The notes under the pieces were generated by a model, which worked only from the letters and a program-made list of their open reading frames with translations, was not told the DNA's origin and made no database searches. The translations under genes were made by a program, and so were the position numbers. A stretch of 62,036 bases of DNA, filler included. It is 5 parts of 5 records of this genome, joined end to end, with 100 filler letters (N's around TTAATTAATTAA, not from the genome) between each part and the next. Parts side by side here need not be neighbours in the genome. Positions count along the whole stretch, not along the records: positions 50,935 to 62,036 come from SRR31147125_26411; 4 more parts are not named here. The stretch is one strand, 5' to 3'. The first letter of the stretch is position 1, and every line of letters starts with the position of its first letter. Positions 59,410 to 62,036 of the stretch are shown in pieces.

Positions 59410-60411
59410 ATGAAAACGGTATTTTATCTGGTTTTATTATTTCTTTTTATTCCATCAGCTTACGCTATGAAACTCCAGCGAGAAATTAACCTTGAAGGAG
59501 AATGGCGTTTTGAAATTGGGGATAATGAAATATATGCACAGCCCGACTATGATGATTCAGGATGGGAAAAAATTAAAGTCCCCAGTGCGTGGGAAAATGA
59601 AGGGTTTCCCGGGTATGATGGTTTTGCCTGGTATCGCATATCCTTTAAAGCAGACAAGCATTTACATACAGAAAATCTTTATCTCAAAATGGGGCGAATC
59701 GATGATGTTGATCGGGTTTACTTTAATGGTAAGCTGATTGGCGGAAATGGAGGATTTCCACCACAGTATAAATCAGCCTTTGATGTGAAAAGAATTTATC
59801 CGGTATCGTCTGATTTAATAATTCTCGGAAAAGTTAATACAATAGCTGTAAGAGTTTATGACAAGGCGGGGAAAGGCGGAATCTTTGATTGTGATATTGG
59901 TGTTTATTCCCGAAGAGATATTCTTGATCTCCAACTTGATTTGAGTGGAGCCTGGCGATTTTCAACAGGAGATGATAAAGAATGGGCGCAACCTGAATTC
60001 AATGATTCGATATGGGCAGCAATTAATGTACCGGAACATTGGGAAACACAGGGTTACTCCGATTATGATGGGATCGCCTGGTATCGTCAGAAAGTAATAA
60101 TTCCAAATGATCTTGCCGGTTCTAAACTGATTTTGATAATGGGTAAGATCAATAATATGGACGAGGTTTTTTTTAACGGTGTTCGTATCGGACATACCGG
60201 CAAAATACCGAAAAATGCTCTTACAAAGAAAAAGTATAAAATATATACCGACATTGAACGTGCTTATTTCATTCCCCCCTATCTTATTCAGTCGGATAAA
60301 AATAATACTATTGCTGTTCGGGTATTTGATAGTTCCGGAACTGGTGGCATTTTTGATGGATATATTGGCATTACGACCAGAGATAACTATATGAGATATT
60401 CTAAAAAGTGA
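59410..60411 (+). CDS. Secreted protein with two tandem beta-galactosidase/GH2 jelly-roll domains
   Basis: Signal peptide; motif L.G.WRF..GD..DDS.W..I.VP..WE..G...YDG.AWYR..G.I...D.V.FNG..IG..N.IAVRV.D..G.GGI occurs twice. Confidence 0.8.
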   Translation: MKTVFYLVLLFLFIPSAYAMKLQREINLEGEWRFEIGDNEIYAQPDYDDSGWEKIKVPSAWENEGFPGYDGFAWYRISFKADKHLHTENLYLKMGRIDDVDRVYFNGKLIGGNGGFPPQYKSAFDVKRIYPVSSDLIILGKVNTIAVRVYDKAGKGGIFDCDIGVYSRRDILDLQLDLSGAWRFSTGDDKEWAQPEFNDSIWAAINVPEHWETQGYSDYDGIAWYRQKVIIPNDLAGSKLILIMGKINNMDEVFFNGVRIGHTGKIPKNALTKKKYKIYTDIERAYFIPPYLIQSDKNNTIAVRVFDSSGTGGIFDGYIGITTRDNYMRYSKK

Positions 60412-60683
60412 GGTGACATTTTCGGCGAATTCCAGAGAACCGAGATAATGACTCATTTTAACTATGGTCAAGATAGCACATTATTTGAAATTTTTAGAAA
60501 TCATCAAAAGGGAAAAGTACATTAGAAAACCCAACTAATGGATATACTCAGGTAATATATATTGCTTACCTCCATATATATTTACATGCATTCCCCAGAT
60601 CATTGACATTGTTCTAATCCTGCTCAGAATAATGTCAAAACAAAGTGATCAAAGGATATGCTGTATATCACTCCCATACAACT

Positions 60684-60719
60684 CATGCTGGTTGCGTTTG
60701 GTTGTGCGCAATCAGCATG
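60684..60719. terminator. Hairpin after minus-strand gene
   Basis: catgctggttgcg..cgcaatcagcatg. Confidence 0.5.
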
Positions 60720-60733
60720 GTGTAGTCTTATCG

Positions 60734-62036
60734 TTATTTAATTTTTAACATTTTAATTGTTCTGGTAAAATGCTCTGTGGTCAAACGAGCTAAATACACA
60801 CCATTTGCCATCTTTTCTCCATATTGGTTCCTGCCATTCCATTTGATGGAATAATTTCCTGCTTTTTGAAACTCTTTGACAAGATTTTTTACAAATTTCC
60901 CCTGAACGTTATAGATAGACAGATCTACCTCCTTTTGCAAAGGTATATAATAGGATAGCGTTGTCGTCGGATTAAAAGGATTAGGGAAATTGGGTGACAG
61001 GTTGAAAAATGGCAACGTATTTTCTATTCTCAGAGTTCTGGAATAGTGAAAAGTACCATCACGGTCGATTTGTTTTAGTCGATAATATGACACAGAATGT
61101 TGAGCCGGGTCAATAAATGAATAGGATTGTGGTTCTGTTGTGGTTCCGGAACCTGGTACAAATCCGATTTTTATAAATCGCTGGCCATCATAACTTTGTT
61201 CTATTTCAAATCCATAGTTATTCGATTCTGTGGCCGTCCTCCATTCCAGACGAAAATGTTCATCGTAATACATTGCAGCAAATTCAATCAATTCAACCGG
61301 AACGGAAGTAGTTGTAACTGTATGATAAATTTCAGTATCTGCGTTGTCAAAACCCTGATAGGCTAAATGGAGATAATTATTTGCGTCTATATCCATAGAT
61401 GGATATATATTATTTGTGCTGGCTGAGTTTGATGCCAGGATCTGCTCCCCCTGCATTGAGGTGAAAGAGCCGTTGATATTGTTTGTATAATAAATGTTAC
61501 CGTTTCCAATGTCCCATTGATAAACGATATGGGCAAAGCCAAACGGATCCACAACCAGTGAAGGCTCTTCTTCGTTTTCAGGCTCCAAGGTTACTCTGGT
61601 GTTTATGTTCGGGAATGGTGTCGTTATATTATGGGTGTAATAAATATCCCAGGAACTTTCAGCATCTGCCATTTGCCATGTTATGTGAGCCTTTCCGGAA
61701 CTATCCAGCCACAAGGAGGGATTTCTATCCCCTACACCATTTACGGTCACTTGTGTAATACTCCAGGAGCCGCTCGTATTTTCTGCATACCAGATTTCAT
61801 TGTCACTTGTTACATCTCCTGCACCTCCGATGCTGACATATGCGATATGTGCTTTACCATTACTATCAATAGCCAGTGAAGGCAGACGATCGTCCCAGGA
61901 ATTTACTGTGGCCTGAGATGGAGTTTGCAAATCACTATACCAGATCTCATTATCCTGGTCGGCAGGTGGTGATCCCGTCCCGCCAGATCCTGCAAAAGCA
62001 ATATATGGAAAGAATCCACTTATGGCGAGTGAGGGT
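60734..62036 (-). CDS. Secreted repeat protein with FlgD-Ig / secretion C-terminal domain (5'-truncated)
   Basis: About 50-aa repeats PSL..D..G.AHI.Y..IYY; PVEL..W.TATESNNYGFEIE; PNPFNPTT..IYNVQG..WNGRN..GVYLARL. Confidence 0.8.
   Translation of the reverse strand, partial: PSLAISGFFPYIAFAGSGGTGSPPADQDNEIWYSDLQTPSQATVNSWDDRLPSLAIDSNGKAHIAYVSIGGAGDVTSDNEIWYAENTSGSWSITQVTVNGVGDRNPSLWLDSSGKAHITWQMADAESSWDIYYTHNITTPFPNINTRVTLEPENEEEPSLVVDPFGFAHIVYQWDIGNGNIYYTNNINGSFTSMQGEQILASNSASTNNIYPSMDIDANNYLHLAYQGFDNADTEIYHTVTTTSVPVELIEFAAMYYDEHFRLEWRTATESNNYGFEIEQSYDGQRFIKIGFVPGSGTTTEPQSYSFIDPAQHSVSYYRLKQIDRDGTFHYSRTLRIENTLPFFNLSPNFPNPFNPTTTLSYYIPLQKEVDLSIYNVQGKFVKNLVKEFQKAGNYSIKWNGRNQYGEKMANGVYLARLTTEHFTRTIKMLKIK

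Overview
The window is not one locus. It joins five contigs with identical 100-nt artificial linkers (N44-TTAATTAATTAA-N44) at 20770-20869, 36892-36991, 45684-45783 and 50835-50934. Contig 1 (1-20769) is AT-rich and Clostridia-like: two sugar ABC clusters, a GGDEF protein, a nuclease-Rad3/DinG helicase fusion and several gene remnants. One remnant, absent from the ORF track, is a decayed VirB4 conjugation ATPase that overlaps the helicase 3' end and is followed by cargo-like genes. Contig 2 (20870-36891) is also Clostridia-like. It carries a SipW-fusion / DUF5305-like / TasA-like fibre operon, a YfbK-like vWA lipoprotein, an LnrJKLMN-like ABC plus two-component cluster with a duplicated regulator 3' end, two divergent SDR genes sharing a perfect 28-bp inverted repeat, and a Crp/Fnr regulator with a perfect TGTGA-N6-TCACA site. 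Contig 3 (36992-45683) is housekeeping: infC-rpmI-rplT-pheS-pheT-zapB-like-zapA-(6S candidate)-rny-ymdB-folD-tRNA-Arg(CCG). Contig 4 (45784-50834) is a GC-richer phage head module with an AT-rich moron-like membrane gene. Contig 5 (50935-62036) resembles KSB1/Calditrichota/Ignavibacteria-type bacteria: rlmB, ddl, mtaB, miaB, a two-component system, a tandem jelly-roll protein and an FlgD-Ig-tailed secreted protein. About 13 genes are split at A/T homopolymers, most likely sequencing error. All assignments come from motif recognition by eye; no searches were run.
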